NCBI GenBank assembly: GCA_002428905.1
Contig: DIYD01000106.1
Location: 5,921-69,920 of the forward strand
Length of the DNA stretch: 64,000 bases
Reading direction: 5' to 3'
DNA from: Bacteroidetes bacterium UBA6063
GTDB taxonomy: Bacteria; Bacteroidota; Bacteroidia; NS11-12g; UBA9320
Each line of letters begins with the position of its first letter. The stretch's first letter is position 1. Below are positions 1 to 10,138 of this stretch, piece after piece. A program made the translations under genes and the position numbers. The notes below the pieces were generated by a model. It searched no databases. It worked only from the letters and a program-made list of their open reading frames with translations, and was not told the DNA's origin.

Positions 1-13
1 TTATGGCGTTTTT

Positions 14-1246
14 ATGCGCATTGCCAGCCTGGGCCTCTCTCTCTGGTTCGTGGTTGTATTTCAGGCACTAATAACTTCGTTTGTACTGTGGAAGGTTTGG
101 GAGTGGATCTTACCCAAAGCAGATTATCGCTGGTTCCTTGTTGCTCTGGTACCCCTCGCATATCTCACTTCATTGGGTTGGTACACCAGTCAACTCATGC
201 CGGATATTTTTACAGCGCTCGGCATCCTATCCGGACTTCTACTGCTCGCCAGAAACGACCTGACGTTAAAAGAAAAGGCTGTCTTATCACTGGTTTTGGT
301 ATTAGCCGTATTGGTCCACAATTCCAATGTACCCATCATACTTGGCACTATGCTATTAACCTGGATCTGGCAGCGTCGTAATAAACAACGTTCCAACACC
401 CTTTTGGTAACGAGCCTGGTGATCGGTGCTATTACACTGGCGTTAATCGTAAATCTTTCCCTGACTGGTTCTGCCAGGATATCACGTGGTGGACATGTTT
501 TCCTGATGGGTAAAATGCTTGATAGCGGCGTGTTAAAATCATATCTAGACGATCATTGCGAAGCAAAAACTTTGAAACTGTGTGCGTATAAAGACTCCTT
601 ACCTGCCACAAACCGAGAACTATTGTGGGAAGCAAACAGCCCGGTTCAGGCTTTAGGCGGATGGGAAGGCTGCGAAGAAGAATTCAAAAACACGTTTTTC
701 GGGATTCTTACGAGCCCAAAACACCTGTTGTTGTATTTCCGCAGCTGCGTAACGTCTACCGGAACCCAGTTGTTTCAGAATGACCTTGGATCCGGGCTGG
801 TATCAAACTGGTATCGCTCTCCTGGCAGTCCACCAGCCTCGCAAATACATAAGCACTTTTTTACCGAGTATAACGATTACCAGTTGTCACGTCAGAATGG
901 TAACCTATGGGGACAAGAATTGGAAATTGGTTGGATTCGGGTGACAAATCGATTGCTCTTAATGTTTAGCGCTGTTTTCATGCTTTCCCTCGTGCTCATT
1001 CCTTCACTGCGACGTAACCTGGAAAATTCAGCTCGAACGAGTGCTTTTACATGCCTTTCCTTACTGTTCATAAACGCTTTGGTTGTGGCTAGCCTGGCCA
1101 ACGTATATGATCGCTTACAAGCTCGTGTTAGTTGGTTGCTGATTTTCATCAGTTTAGCACTTTTATTGCGCTACGGAAGCCAATTATTTGATATTATTCG
1201 GGAACTTTGGCGACAAAATCAGCCGCGTAGTGATGAATCCTCTTAG
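14..1246 (+). CDS. Polytopic integral membrane protein of unknown function; N-terminus may lie upstream of the window
   Basis: 410-aa ORF with many hydrophobic helices (LSLWFVVVFQALITSFVLW, LVALVPLAYLTSLGWY, LLMFSAVFMLSLVLIPS, LLIFISLALLL). The reading frame stays open back to nt 2. The stop codon TAG at 1244-1246 overlaps the next gene. Confidence 0.5.
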   Translation: MRIASLGLSLWFVVVFQALITSFVLWKVWEWILPKADYRWFLVALVPLAYLTSLGWYTSQLMPDIFTALGILSGLLLLARNDLTLKEKAVLSLVLVLAVLVHNSNVPIILGTMLLTWIWQRRNKQRSNTLLVTSLVIGAITLALIVNLSLTGSARISRGGHVFLMGKMLDSGVLKSYLDDHCEAKTLKLCAYKDSLPATNRELLWEANSPVQALGGWEGCEEEFKNTFFGILTSPKHLLLYFRSCVTSTGTQLFQNDLGSGLVSNWYRSPGSPPASQIHKHFFTEYNDYQLSRQNGNLWGQELEIGWIRVTNRLLLMFSAVFMLSLVLIPSLRRNLENSARTSAFTCLSLLFINALVVASLANVYDRLQARVSWLLIFISLALLLRYGSQLFDIIRELWRQNQPRSDESS

Positions 1247-2174
1247 ACGCTATAAATGGACCTATGAGTTATACAACTTGTTTCAGAAATCGGCCCTGAA
1301 ACACAATATACCGTTATACAAAAAATACGGCATCAATAAGAAGTACTTTTCGTCGATTTCTAGCGAGGATTTCAAACATTTAGATAGCCCTCCAAACTAT
1401 TACGATGTGTACGATAGTGCAGATGAATTGCCGAATGATGCGTTTTTCAATACGTTAAATAAGGACATTCAAGATAAACTGCTGCCCTGGTCTAAAGATG
1501 GTTATGCTGTTTTACCAGCTTTCTATTCTGAAGATGAAATTGAGTCGTTCAACACTGAAATTGAACGTCTTGATCGCGAGAAAAAAGCAAACTGGCGGTA
1601 CGGTAATCGAATCATGTTTGCCATTCACCAATCGAAACTTTTGCATAATGCCGGTGCAAACGACCGACTTATAGGTATCTTAAACATGTTGATGCACAAA
1701 GAAGTTGACCTGTTTCAAAGCATTAACTTTTTCCATGGCAGCCAGCAGAAAACGCATTCCGATTTTGTGCATATGACCACCTTCCCTTATGGAAACCTGA
1801 TTGCCGTTTGGGTGGCGCTGGAAGACATAACCATGGAGAACGGTCCACTGCATTATTACCCGGGCTCCCATAAACTTCCGTACATCTTTAATCGTGATTA
1901 CGATAATGTCGGCACTTCCACCAAGCTCGGTAAAAAATTGTATGTAGATTATGAAGCTAAAGTGGAGGAAGTAGTTGCTCAACACCCCGAACTCAAAAAG
2001 GAAATCTTCCTGGCTAAAAAAGGCGACATCCTAATCTGGCACGGTAATTTACTGCATGGTGGAGAACCGGTGACCGCACCTGGTCTTACCCGAAAAAGCA
2101 TGGTGTTTCATTATTACACCACAGATGCCATCTGTTTTCACGAAATTAGTCAGCGGCCAACGCTGAAAAGGTAG
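1233..2174 (+). CDS. Phytanoyl-CoA dioxygenase (PhyH) family Fe(II)/2-oxoglutarate-dependent oxygenase
   Basis: Motifs WVALEDITMENGPLHYYPGSHKL and HGNLLHGGEPV are typical of the PhyH family. I chose the ATG at 1233 (MNPLRRY), which overlaps the upstream stop by 14 nt; the track start at 1188 is also possible. Confidence 0.7.
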   Translation: MNPLRRYKWTYELYNLFQKSALKHNIPLYKKYGINKKYFSSISSEDFKHLDSPPNYYDVYDSADELPNDAFFNTLNKDIQDKLLPWSKDGYAVLPAFYSEDEIESFNTEIERLDREKKANWRYGNRIMFAIHQSKLLHNAGANDRLIGILNMLMHKEVDLFQSINFFHGSQQKTHSDFVHMTTFPYGNLIAVWVALEDITMENGPLHYYPGSHKLPYIFNRDYDNVGTSTKLGKKLYVDYEAKVEEVVAQHPELKKEIFLAKKGDILIWHGNLLHGGEPVTAPGLTRKSMVFHYYTTDAICFHEISQRPTLKR

Positions 2175-2176
2175 GC

Positions 2177-4672
2177 TTATTCCTTCACAAATCGCCCTTT
2201 GTATGTTACACCATCTACCTTAGAAATCTGATACAAATATACGCCGGGCGCAAGGTGATCCACGTTAACTTTAGCCCCTATTGCAACATTCATCTGATCG
2301 ATCACTTTCTGACCCTGGTCGTTGATTATCAACACATTGTATTTGCCTACTGTGCCATTAATCACAATGTAATCCTGTGCCGGGTTAGGTATAACAGATA
2401 ACTGATTCTCTTCAACATCGATCACATTCACTCTAAAGTTCACATCGATGTTCTTGGTTATGGTGCTATCCGAACACGTATTCGAAGCGGTTAACTGCAC
2501 CGTATACTGACCTCTACCGACATAGGTATGCATTGGGTTTTGACTATATATCGTATCTCCCTGGCCAAAATGCCATTTCCAGGAAGAAGCCGATATACTC
2601 TTATCGGTCGCTGTAGCTACAAGTCCGTCTTGTGTAATATCGAAATCGGCAACCGCTGGTCTCAGAACAACCACCGGTGTCACCAACGGATCGCTGGTTC
2701 CGCAACTATTCTTTCCAACCACTTGCAAATTATGAGTACCTTCTGTTGTCCAGTTGACGGTCACCGTGTTTTTGTCGTTATCACCTACGACTGTACCACC
2801 ACTCGCCACAGTCCACAGCACATATTCTGTCCCATCCGCCACCTTGTCTACGGTATACATGTTTTCTCCAAAACACGCCGTATCGACCATAAACGCATCT
2901 GGCGCAGCCGGTTTGCCGGGTTTAACTGTGAGCTTCAGAGTGAACGTATCCTTCCCAAAATCATTTTCAGCAATCAACTGAATGGTTTTTTCGCCCGAAG
3001 TGGAATAACTTAAGACATGTGGTCCAACTGTTGAAGCATTAGCGGTGGAGGCTCCATCACCAAAATCCCAACTATAGTTGGTCACTTTACCCTCGGTTTG
3101 ACTCGTGAAGCGCACATTTACCCCTGGGCACGGACTTGGAATATTTACGATAAACTTAGCCTCGGGTTCGGTGATATTGCAGTCTTCCTGTTTTATTGAC
3201 TTATAATCTCTAACACCGCTGCAAACTATACCGGTTAAACTGTTGGTGCGCACATGTGATGCTCCCAACAAATCGTGCGCGTGTAGTGCCGTTTTACGAT
3301 CACCGTTGCTTAACGAGTAGTGCATAATTTTAGTTCCATCAATCACATGATTCAACTGATGTCCGTGACCTAATTCGTGAGTAGCTACGGTTTCGAAATC
3401 GTATTGATTGTTAGCCGGACTTGCCGTACCATAATACCAGTTACGCGTAGAATCGAATGAAATATCGAGTTCGGATACGTAGAAATGTGGTGTCGTACCA
3501 CCCTGAATACAACCACCATACCAGCTCGTACAAACCCCAAGTCGGGAATCTCCAAACCGGGTAAACTGAACTATGTTTACATTGTCTTTCGCAACACCAG
3601 TGGTTGTTGTATTTGTACCAAGATCCCAGTTCATGAGTGTCCCACATCTCCATTTCTCTGCTGCCCGAAGGAAGGCGTTCACCGCATCCTTCTTACCGGC
3701 AAAATGATTCGTCATTTGCCAGGTATATCCACCGTTTCCGCTCATATCAAAGAGTTTAGGTTGATAATATCCTGAATCACCTCCTGAACTTCCATTGTAC
3801 GGGTAATTCGAATGCGCATAGCGCACATAAATCTCATCGCTAGATGTGCCACGTTCACCCCCATTATTCACAACACGGATCTTACCTGTACCAGCACGAG
3901 CGGGAACATATACCTCGATTTTGGAATTCGACCACGATTTGAACGAAGAAGGGTAATGCAACTCATAGAATCGTCCATCACCAAAATTCGGATCTAAAAA
4001 CTCCACGTAGCCCTTCCCTTTTATGATGCCAAAATTACTCCCGGTAATGGTCAACAATTCTCCGGCACCGGAGTTAATGGTATCCTTATCAAGTGAAGTA
4101 ATGTTTGGCGCAGCTAATGGGCGAATCGTACCGATACCCAAGGGATTGGTTCCAGTTCGTTCAATCGGTTGTTTGGTGTACGATTCGATCTTCGGAATTA
4201 ACTGACCCTTAACGTCTTCATAAACCTCAAAGTATCCATGTGCGGTACGGTTCATCACATCATATTTGATAAACGATTGTACACTGGCTACTGGCTTGTA
4301 AACGGGCTTGGTCAATTCCTGGATGCGGGTATCACTTTGCTTTATGAGGAAGATGCCAATATCTCCAACTTCCAATTCCAACGACGGATCTACCCGAACG
4401 CCTTCCAACCCTACAAACCCACCTTCGGTGAGTAAATTTAGCTCAGCAGGAACCGAGCTCCCCTTTAAGATGGCACTGATTTTCAACACATTATTGGTGT
4501 AAATAAAGCTATGATCGCTGTTCCAATAGCTCTTTTTATTAATCACTTCTGCCTCTATTACAACATCCGACATGTACACTTTTTTCTGAATGCTGAACGG
4601 AACAATCGCACATTGCCCGAATGCAAGGATGGACGTTAGTATCAAAATAAGAGGAGTAAATATTCGCTTCAT
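2177..4672 (-). CDS. Secreted metzincin-like zinc metalloprotease with PKD domains and a T9SS type-A C-terminal sorting domain
   Basis: HELGHGHQLNH zinc-binding motif with a third His at +11. Two PKD-like segments (WDFGDGASTANAS and WKWHFGQGDT). C-terminal ~80 aa (LSVIPNPAQDYIVINGT...YLYQISKVDGVTYKGRFVKE) matches the Por/T9SS CTD. I moved the start to MKRIFTPLILILTSILAFGQ (a signal peptide), 54 codons inside the track ORF. Confidence 0.8.
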   Translation of the reverse strand: MKRIFTPLILILTSILAFGQCAIVPFSIQKKVYMSDVVIEAEVINKKSYWNSDHSFIYTNNVLKISAILKGSSVPAELNLLTEGGFVGLEGVRVDPSLELEVGDIGIFLIKQSDTRIQELTKPVYKPVASVQSFIKYDVMNRTAHGYFEVYEDVKGQLIPKIESYTKQPIERTGTNPLGIGTIRPLAAPNITSLDKDTINSGAGELLTITGSNFGIIKGKGYVEFLDPNFGDGRFYELHYPSSFKSWSNSKIEVYVPARAGTGKIRVVNNGGERGTSSDEIYVRYAHSNYPYNGSSGGDSGYYQPKLFDMSGNGGYTWQMTNHFAGKKDAVNAFLRAAEKWRCGTLMNWDLGTNTTTTGVAKDNVNIVQFTRFGDSRLGVCTSWYGGCIQGGTTPHFYVSELDISFDSTRNWYYGTASPANNQYDFETVATHELGHGHQLNHVIDGTKIMHYSLSNGDRKTALHAHDLLGASHVRTNSLTGIVCSGVRDYKSIKQEDCNITEPEAKFIVNIPSPCPGVNVRFTSQTEGKVTNYSWDFGDGASTANASTVGPHVLSYSTSGEKTIQLIAENDFGKDTFTLKLTVKPGKPAAPDAFMVDTACFGENMYTVDKVADGTEYVLWTVASGGTVVGDNDKNTVTVNWTTEGTHNLQVVGKNSCGTSDPLVTPVVVLRPAVADFDITQDGLVATATDKSISASSWKWHFGQGDTIYSQNPMHTYVGRGQYTVQLTASNTCSDSTITKNIDVNFRVNVIDVEENQLSVIPNPAQDYIVINGTVGKYNVLIINDQGQKVIDQMNVAIGAKVNVDHLAPGVYLYQISKVDGVTYKGRFVKE

Positions 4673-4756
4673 TGATTTCACATTTTTCCCAAATATCGCT
4701 GAAAATCCGATTCCATTAATAGCAAGCTTTAACATACCTTTGAATCCGTATAAAAT

Positions 4757-5917
4757 ATGACACAACCTTTTAAAACCCGGATTGGAATTATTGGTGGTGG
4801 GCAACTCGGTAAAATGCTCATTGAGGCCGCGCAACCATGGAATGTCGAATTCAATATTCTCGAAGCTTCCAGCGACTGCCCATCGGGTAAATATGCCACC
4901 AATTTCATTGAGGGTTCACTCATGGACGATGCAAAAATCAAGGAGTTGGCAGCCATTAGCGATGTAATTACTTATGAAATTGAACACGTTAATGTTAACA
5001 CCTTGTTCGAACTAGAAGAACAGGGAAAGACAGTGATTCCATCCGCTCGTATTTTGTCGGTTATCCAAAATAAAGGTCGGCAGAAAGAATTCTATGCAGA
5101 ACATGCACTGGCTACTTCAAGTTTTCTGTTGATGCCCAGCACGGAAGCCAAGACGGCCAACCTCAGTATATTCTCTGGAGAGAAAGTGGTTGTAAAAAGT
5201 TGCACAGGTGGTTATGACGGAAAAGGTGTAGCTATTCTGTCGAAAGAAGATGTGTTGGCCGACAAAGTACCATCCATTTTCCCAGGTGAGGTTGTGTTGG
5301 AGGAATTCATTCAGGATGCCATTGAGCTCTCTGTAATTGTTGCCCGAAATGCTGCAGATGAAATCAAATCGTATCCCGCGGTTGAAATGGTTTTTGATCC
5401 TAAAATCAACCTGGTTGACTATCTATTCGCCCCAAGTAAAGTAGACACTGCCATCCAGCGCGAAGCAAAAGACCTTGCAATTCGTGCGATTGAAGCGTTT
5501 GATGGTGTGGGCATTTTCGCAGTAGAGTTGTTCGTAGACAATCGCAACCGATGCCTGATCAATGAGATTGCACCACGACCACACAACAGTGGGCACCATA
5601 CCATTGAAGCAAACTATACATCTCAATATGAGCAGCTTAACCGTGTAATGCTCGATCTGCCACTTGGCGAAACCGATTTACTGACGCCTGCTGTAATGAC
5701 CAACATTCTGGGTTCGGACGACGTAACAGGTGATTACCGCCTAGATGGCCTCTCCGATTTGGCGGCTACTCAAGGGGCTTTCTTGCACTGGTACAATAAA
5801 GCGGCTTCGAAGCCGGGTAGAAAAATGGGGCATTTTACAGTGCTTGATACAAATCTGGAAGATGCCATAGCCAAATCGAATGCGCTGCGGGACAAACTGC
5901 GTACGGTTAAACCATAG
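4757..5917 (+). CDS. purK: N5-carboxyaminoimidazole ribonucleotide synthase (ATP-grasp)
   Basis: IGIIGGGQLGKM N-terminal P-loop, an ATP-grasp core (CTGGYDGKGVAIL) and NEIAPRPHNSGHHT. Collinear with E. coli PurK. Confidence 0.9.
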   Translation: MTQPFKTRIGIIGGGQLGKMLIEAAQPWNVEFNILEASSDCPSGKYATNFIEGSLMDDAKIKELAAISDVITYEIEHVNVNTLFELEEQGKTVIPSARILSVIQNKGRQKEFYAEHALATSSFLLMPSTEAKTANLSIFSGEKVVVKSCTGGYDGKGVAILSKEDVLADKVPSIFPGEVVLEEFIQDAIELSVIVARNAADEIKSYPAVEMVFDPKINLVDYLFAPSKVDTAIQREAKDLAIRAIEAFDGVGIFAVELFVDNRNRCLINEIAPRPHNSGHHTIEANYTSQYEQLNRVMLDLPLGETDLLTPAVMTNILGSDDVTGDYRLDGLSDLAATQGAFLHWYNKAASKPGRKMGHFTVLDTNLEDAIAKSNALRDKLRTVKP

Positions 5918-5959
5918 ATTAGATCGTTTTTTGATAGCTTTGCACAAAGTATAAATGCA

Positions 5960-6475
5960 ATGTCAGTACCTGTAGGAATTATCATGGGGTCTGATTCCGA
6001 TTTACCGGTTATGTCGGAAGCAGCCAAGGTTTTAGATGAACTCAATATCGCATATGAGCTTACGGTTGTAAGTGCACACCGAACACCAGAGCGCATGTAT
6101 GATTATGCCAGAGATGCCGTAAAAAATGGCTTGCAGGTAATTATTGCCGGTGCCGGTGGAGCCGCTCATCTTCCGGGTATGGTGGCAGCACTTACTCCGC
6201 TTCCAGTGGTGGGTGTTCCAGTAAAATCCAGTAACATGAGTGGTATCGACTCGTTATACAGTATCGTTCAGATGCCTCCGGGTGTACCTGTTGCTTCAGT
6301 TGCCATAAACGGAGCGAAAAACGCTGGTATCCTGGCTGCACAAATTATTGGTGCCAGCGACAAGTCTGTACTAGACCGCGTACATGCATTCAAAGAAGAC
6401 ATGAAAGCAACCGTTTTGGGTAAAGCTGAAAAGCTGGAAGACATCGGTTACGCCACCTATCTCGATCAAAAATGA
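5960..6475 (+). CDS. purE: N5-CAIR mutase (phosphoribosylaminoimidazole carboxylase catalytic subunit)
   Basis: [14 protein letters not shown] ... [10 protein letters not shown] ... [16 protein letters not shown] is a canonical PurE sequence. It lies directly downstream of purK. Confidence 0.92.
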   Translation: MSVPVGIIMGSDSDLPVMSEAAKVLDELNIAYELTVVSAHRTPERMYDYARDAVKNGLQVIIAGAGGAAHLPGMVAALTPLPVVGVPVKSSNMSGIDSLYSIVQMPPGVPVASVAINGAKNAGILAAQIIGASDKSVLDRVHAFKEDMKATVLGKAEKLEDIGYATYLDQK

Positions 6476-7047
6476 TCATTCACGAAAACACGCTCATCAG
6501 CGACGAAGTCTTAAAGGAATTCTTTGCCTGTAACATTCAGGCGTGCAAAGGTGCTTGCTGTATTGAAGGCGATAAAGGAGCTCCTGTCACCAAAGAGGAA
6601 GTCGTTGAAATTGAACAAATTATGGAGCCAATTCTTGAGGAATTGAGCGATGAGCACGTTCAATTCATCAAAGAAAACGGCTTTTACGAAGAGGACGACG
6701 ACGGAGAATTGGTAACTACCTGTTTAAACGACGGTAAGTGTTGTTTTGTGGTGGAACAACCAAACGGCATTCTCGGTTGTGGTATTGAAAACGCGTACTA
6801 CAAAAACAAGATCGACTTTGTGAAGCCCATAAGCTGTCACTTATATCCTGTTCGGATAAAGGACTATGATTCATATACCGCATTAAACTACCACCAATGG
6901 TATCTGTGCAGTGATGCTTGCACCAAGGGACAATCTGAACAAATCAAGGTATACGAATTTGTTGAATCCGCCTTACGACGGAAATTCGGTGATGAGTGGT
7001 TCGAAGGCCTCAAGGCCATTGATGCACAATTAGAGGGTGGCTCGTAG
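6472..7047 (+). CDS. Cysteine-rich DUF3109-family protein
   Basis: 191 aa with cysteine motifs [20 protein letters not shown] and CHLYPVR. Its start overlaps the purE stop in an ATGA arrangement (6472-6475). Confidence 0.6.
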   Translation: MIIHENTLISDEVLKEFFACNIQACKGACCIEGDKGAPVTKEEVVEIEQIMEPILEELSDEHVQFIKENGFYEEDDDGELVTTCLNDGKCCFVVEQPNGILGCGIENAYYKNKIDFVKPISCHLYPVRIKDYDSYTALNYHQWYLCSDACTKGQSEQIKVYEFVESALRRKFGDEWFEGLKAIDAQLEGGS

Positions 7048-9324
7048 CTGAATCATAACCAATCTTGGGGCCGCAATATCCGCCGGACGAATTAGGTACT
7101 CCTTGTTAAATACATTATTGCTGATCAACGCCACCTTGTATTTCGACGACAGTTTGTAGGCCACACGCATATCCCAAACCCACACACCTTCGGGATTTAG
7201 ATTTAACCCCGTTTCGATACCCGGCACAAAGCTGGTAAAGGGTTGCTGTAAAAATGCCAAATCGATGTTTTCAATTCGACTCATGTATCGCGATGAAATG
7301 CCACACTCGAAGCGTTTACCACTGAGTGCCACGTCCATTCGGAATACCCGACGATTACGGTATTTCAATAGGTTGTCTGTAGTATCTGAACTTGTATTCA
7401 AATAGCTGATCGCCCGATCCTGGCTATCTGTTGCAAATACAACCTCCGGATTTCTAGCAATCGGTTCACTCAAGGTGTATCCCCCAAACAACCGTACTTT
7501 GGATTTCCCTACCTTCATCTCACCCACAATACTCATATCCAATCCGGAAATTTGAGTATTTCCAGTGTTAACGGATTTGAAACCAAGTCCGAGACCATTG
7601 CCAATAGATACGTCTTTTGACCACTGACTGAAGGTGAATTCCATCATATCTTCATACCGCATTCGAAATGCTGCTACATCGATGTAGCCCTTTAATTTGA
7701 GACCTGAGATTTTGTATCCCTGTTTTAAACCAATCTCAATATTGTTACCTGTTTCCGGTCTTAGTTCAGGATTTGGGAATACAGACACCAGGCCCACACT
7801 TGTTGTAATAAAACTTTCAGCTATGGTCGGAAATCGAAATCCTTCGCCGTATGAAAATCGAAAGAAAGACGCTTTACCCAGTGCATAATTCAATCCGGTT
7901 CGGATTACCGGTTTCTTTGCCTCACGTTCATTCAGGGTATATTTTTCCCATCGCGTTCCGAATGTCCAACTCAACTTACCAAGTTTCTGATCAAACTGTG
8001 CATAGTATGCCAGATTCGTGGTTGTTTGATCGCCACTGAATAAAGGAGACCGGGTTTTGGTAGAACTATATGTTACACCATATGTTAGTTTCGAAGAACT
8101 CATCATTCGTATACCAGACTGATAATCAACGAAAAATGTATTACTCGTATTCGACTGATCGTTGTTCGGATCACCGTTATCCACCTGATTATCCAGCGTA
8201 AAAAAGCGTGCTTTCAAATTGTGCGACCAACCCTTTCTATAGTACTTCAGGAACGGATCAATCCGCATTTTAAACCCATCTGTTGCAGTCGTTTGATCGC
8301 CTTGTGCGTTGTACGCACTGTCGTAACTTTTCCAAAGCAAAAATGAACCGTTACTCGTTGATAATAAGTGTGTTTTAACCCCATACTGAAGTCCTGCTTT
8401 AGTTTTCCTACGATAGTCCAGACCGGCATGAACTCGTCGATCAAAATCGCCAAAACGATAGCCTTGGTCGTCAATATATTCCACTGTAGTTACCAGATCA
8501 CTCTTGCCTATTCTTCTCGAATCAACCATACGTAATCCACTGTTAAATAGTGCTTTATTGGTCCAATTTAAAGTTTCTCTTGACCCCTTGCTATATACCC
8601 CATGGAAGCCTACAATCTTAGTTTTAGGTTTAGAAGTAGGCCATGCCGTTTGAATGTTAATCATACCATTTAGTGCAGATGAACCGTACAACACCGAACT
8701 AGCTCCTTTCACTACTTCCATCGATCGGATATTCTCGGTGGATATAAAACTCCATTGTACACTGGCAGCGTCTCCGCTCATTAATGGCATGCCATCTACC
8801 ATCACCAATGCACGGGTGCCTGCACCATAACTCCAACCTGCACCATTCCGTATACTGATTTGACCATCCTGAATAACCACACCTGATACCTGATTGGCAA
8901 TTTCATCGATGGTTATTGGGTTCTTTTCAGCAATTAGATCCGGATTTACCACTTCTACCGATACAATTTGTTCTTTCATGGTTTTGGCCCTGCGATCCGC
9001 GCCTATGACAGCCCGATTAAGCATACTCCCATAGTTCTGTAGCATTTCTATACGCGTTCCATTTACGAATTTACCTACGTTTATAACTTCATCTTCATAT
9101 GATATATGACTGATTTTCAACGATTTTGATGTAGTCACAAGACTAAACCATCCCGAGCTATCAGAAACGCCCAATACCGTTCCTCCAGGTTCGGTGATTA
9201 GTTCAGCCCCGGCAATTGGTTTCTGAGTTTCCAGATCAAAGAGAAAACCTTCCACCGGTCTTGATTGAGCCTGAACGGCCACCGAAATAAGTGAGAGAAC
9301 TATGACGACCAAAACTTGTTTCAT
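7030..9324 (-). CDS. TonB-dependent outer-membrane receptor
   Basis: Signal peptide MKQVLVVIVLSLISVAVQAQ, an N-terminal carboxypeptidase-regulatory-like domain, a plug domain (DGMPLMSGD, TENIRSMEVVKGASSVLYGSSALNGMINI) and a long beta-barrel region. Confidence 0.85.
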   Translation of the reverse strand: MKQVLVVIVLSLISVAVQAQSRPVEGFLFDLETQKPIAGAELITEPGGTVLGVSDSSGWFSLVTTSKSLKISHISYEDEVINVGKFVNGTRIEMLQNYGSMLNRAVIGADRRAKTMKEQIVSVEVVNPDLIAEKNPITIDEIANQVSGVVIQDGQISIRNGAGWSYGAGTRALVMVDGMPLMSGDAASVQWSFISTENIRSMEVVKGASSVLYGSSALNGMINIQTAWPTSKPKTKIVGFHGVYSKGSRETLNWTNKALFNSGLRMVDSRRIGKSDLVTTVEYIDDQGYRFGDFDRRVHAGLDYRRKTKAGLQYGVKTHLLSTSNGSFLLWKSYDSAYNAQGDQTTATDGFKMRIDPFLKYYRKGWSHNLKARFFTLDNQVDNGDPNNDQSNTSNTFFVDYQSGIRMMSSSKLTYGVTYSSTKTRSPLFSGDQTTTNLAYYAQFDQKLGKLSWTFGTRWEKYTLNEREAKKPVIRTGLNYALGKASFFRFSYGEGFRFPTIAESFITTSVGLVSVFPNPELRPETGNNIEIGLKQGYKISGLKLKGYIDVAAFRMRYEDMMEFTFSQWSKDVSIGNGLGLGFKSVNTGNTQISGLDMSIVGEMKVGKSKVRLFGGYTLSEPIARNPEVVFATDSQDRAISYLNTSSDTTDNLLKYRNRRVFRMDVALSGKRFECGISSRYMSRIENIDLAFLQQPFTSFVPGIETGLNLNPEGVWVWDMRVAYKLSSKYKVALISNNVFNKEYLIRPADIAAPRLVMIQLRATL

Positions 9325-9371
9325 GCCTGCGATTTTTAGCTAAATTCGTAATACACAAGTTTACTAAAAAT

Positions 9372-10100
9372 ATGCGACGCTTAGTTATTGCCTTAGTGGC
9401 TACCTGCACATACGTATTTGCATCCGCTCAAAGTTGTACACCGGATCAAAATATTACCTCACCGGGTTTCTTCCCAAAAGACCTGGAAGTGGCCTACGTT
9501 GATTCGGCCTATAAACAGGTGTTACAAATTCGGGTGTTTAAAGACACAACAGTCAATTTACCTGGCCAGGGCTCTGTGTATGCCACTGTAGATTCGATCA
9601 ATTTAATTGGATTTGAAGGTTACCCTCAAAGTACGTTCTACTATACGTGTTCCGCGCCTAATTGCAGCTATACCCCAGATTCAACGGGTTGTGCAACATT
9701 ACAAGGCACACCAACAAAAGCACAGGTAGGTGTATACCCATTAGATATTTACATTGAGATCTTTGGAAAAGCCTTTGGCACCTTCCCAACCTCCATGGTG
9801 GATACACTTGATCAATTTTCGTTGGTCATTAATGAGTTTGGCAATTCGTCGATTCAACCCAATGATCTAAACCATTTACAAATTAGTCCAAACCCGTCGA
9901 ACGGAAGCTTTGACCTTTCGGCATTCGCACCGTATGGAATTAAATCCGTTGTTTGTCGGAACAGCTTGGGACAAATCGTTGAAAGTCAGGTTGATGCAAA
10001 CAAACTACGTCTTTCAAATGCCGTTAATGGTATGTATTCGATCCACCTCACAACCGCACAAGGGCAACACTTCCGTCAAAAAATACAGGTGCTTCACTAA
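9372..10100 (+). CDS. Secreted protein with a T9SS type-A C-terminal sorting domain
   Basis: Signal peptide MRRLVIALVATCTYVFASAQ. The C-terminus (LQISPNPSNGSFDLSAFAPYGIKSVVCRNSLGQIVESQ...MYSIHLTTAQGQHFRQKIQVLH) fits the T9SS CTD. Confidence 0.7.
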   Translation: MRRLVIALVATCTYVFASAQSCTPDQNITSPGFFPKDLEVAYVDSAYKQVLQIRVFKDTTVNLPGQGSVYATVDSINLIGFEGYPQSTFYYTCSAPNCSYTPDSTGCATLQGTPTKAQVGVYPLDIYIEIFGKAFGTFPTSMVDTLDQFSLVINEFGNSSIQPNDLNHLQISPNPSNGSFDLSAFAPYGIKSVVCRNSLGQIVESQVDANKLRLSNAVNGMYSIHLTTAQGQHFRQKIQVLH

Positions 10101-10126
10101 GCCTGTAATCTGTCGTTATTTAGCTT

Positions 10127-10134
10127 TACCTTTG
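10127..10134 (+). promoter_or_regulatory. Bacteroidetes-type -7 box upstream of mnmA
   Basis: TACCTTTG 5 nt before the ATG at 10139. Confidence 0.3.
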
Positions 10135-10138
10135 CGGC

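Noticed and set aside
2528-3013. 161-aa plus-strand ORF, and many similar 60-130-aa ORFs antisense to large genes (e.g. 12766-13092, 47664-48044, 50983-51351, 55722-56186).
   Set aside because: Each is fully embedded antisense within a longer ORF that carries clear protein-family motifs. They have low-complexity or Arg/Ser/Cys-rich composition typical of antisense frames and no domain signal.
5933-5946. CTTTG-ca-CAAAG inverted repeat between purK and purE.
   Set aside because: Only 5-bp arms. Could be a PurR-like site, but there is no support beyond symmetry.
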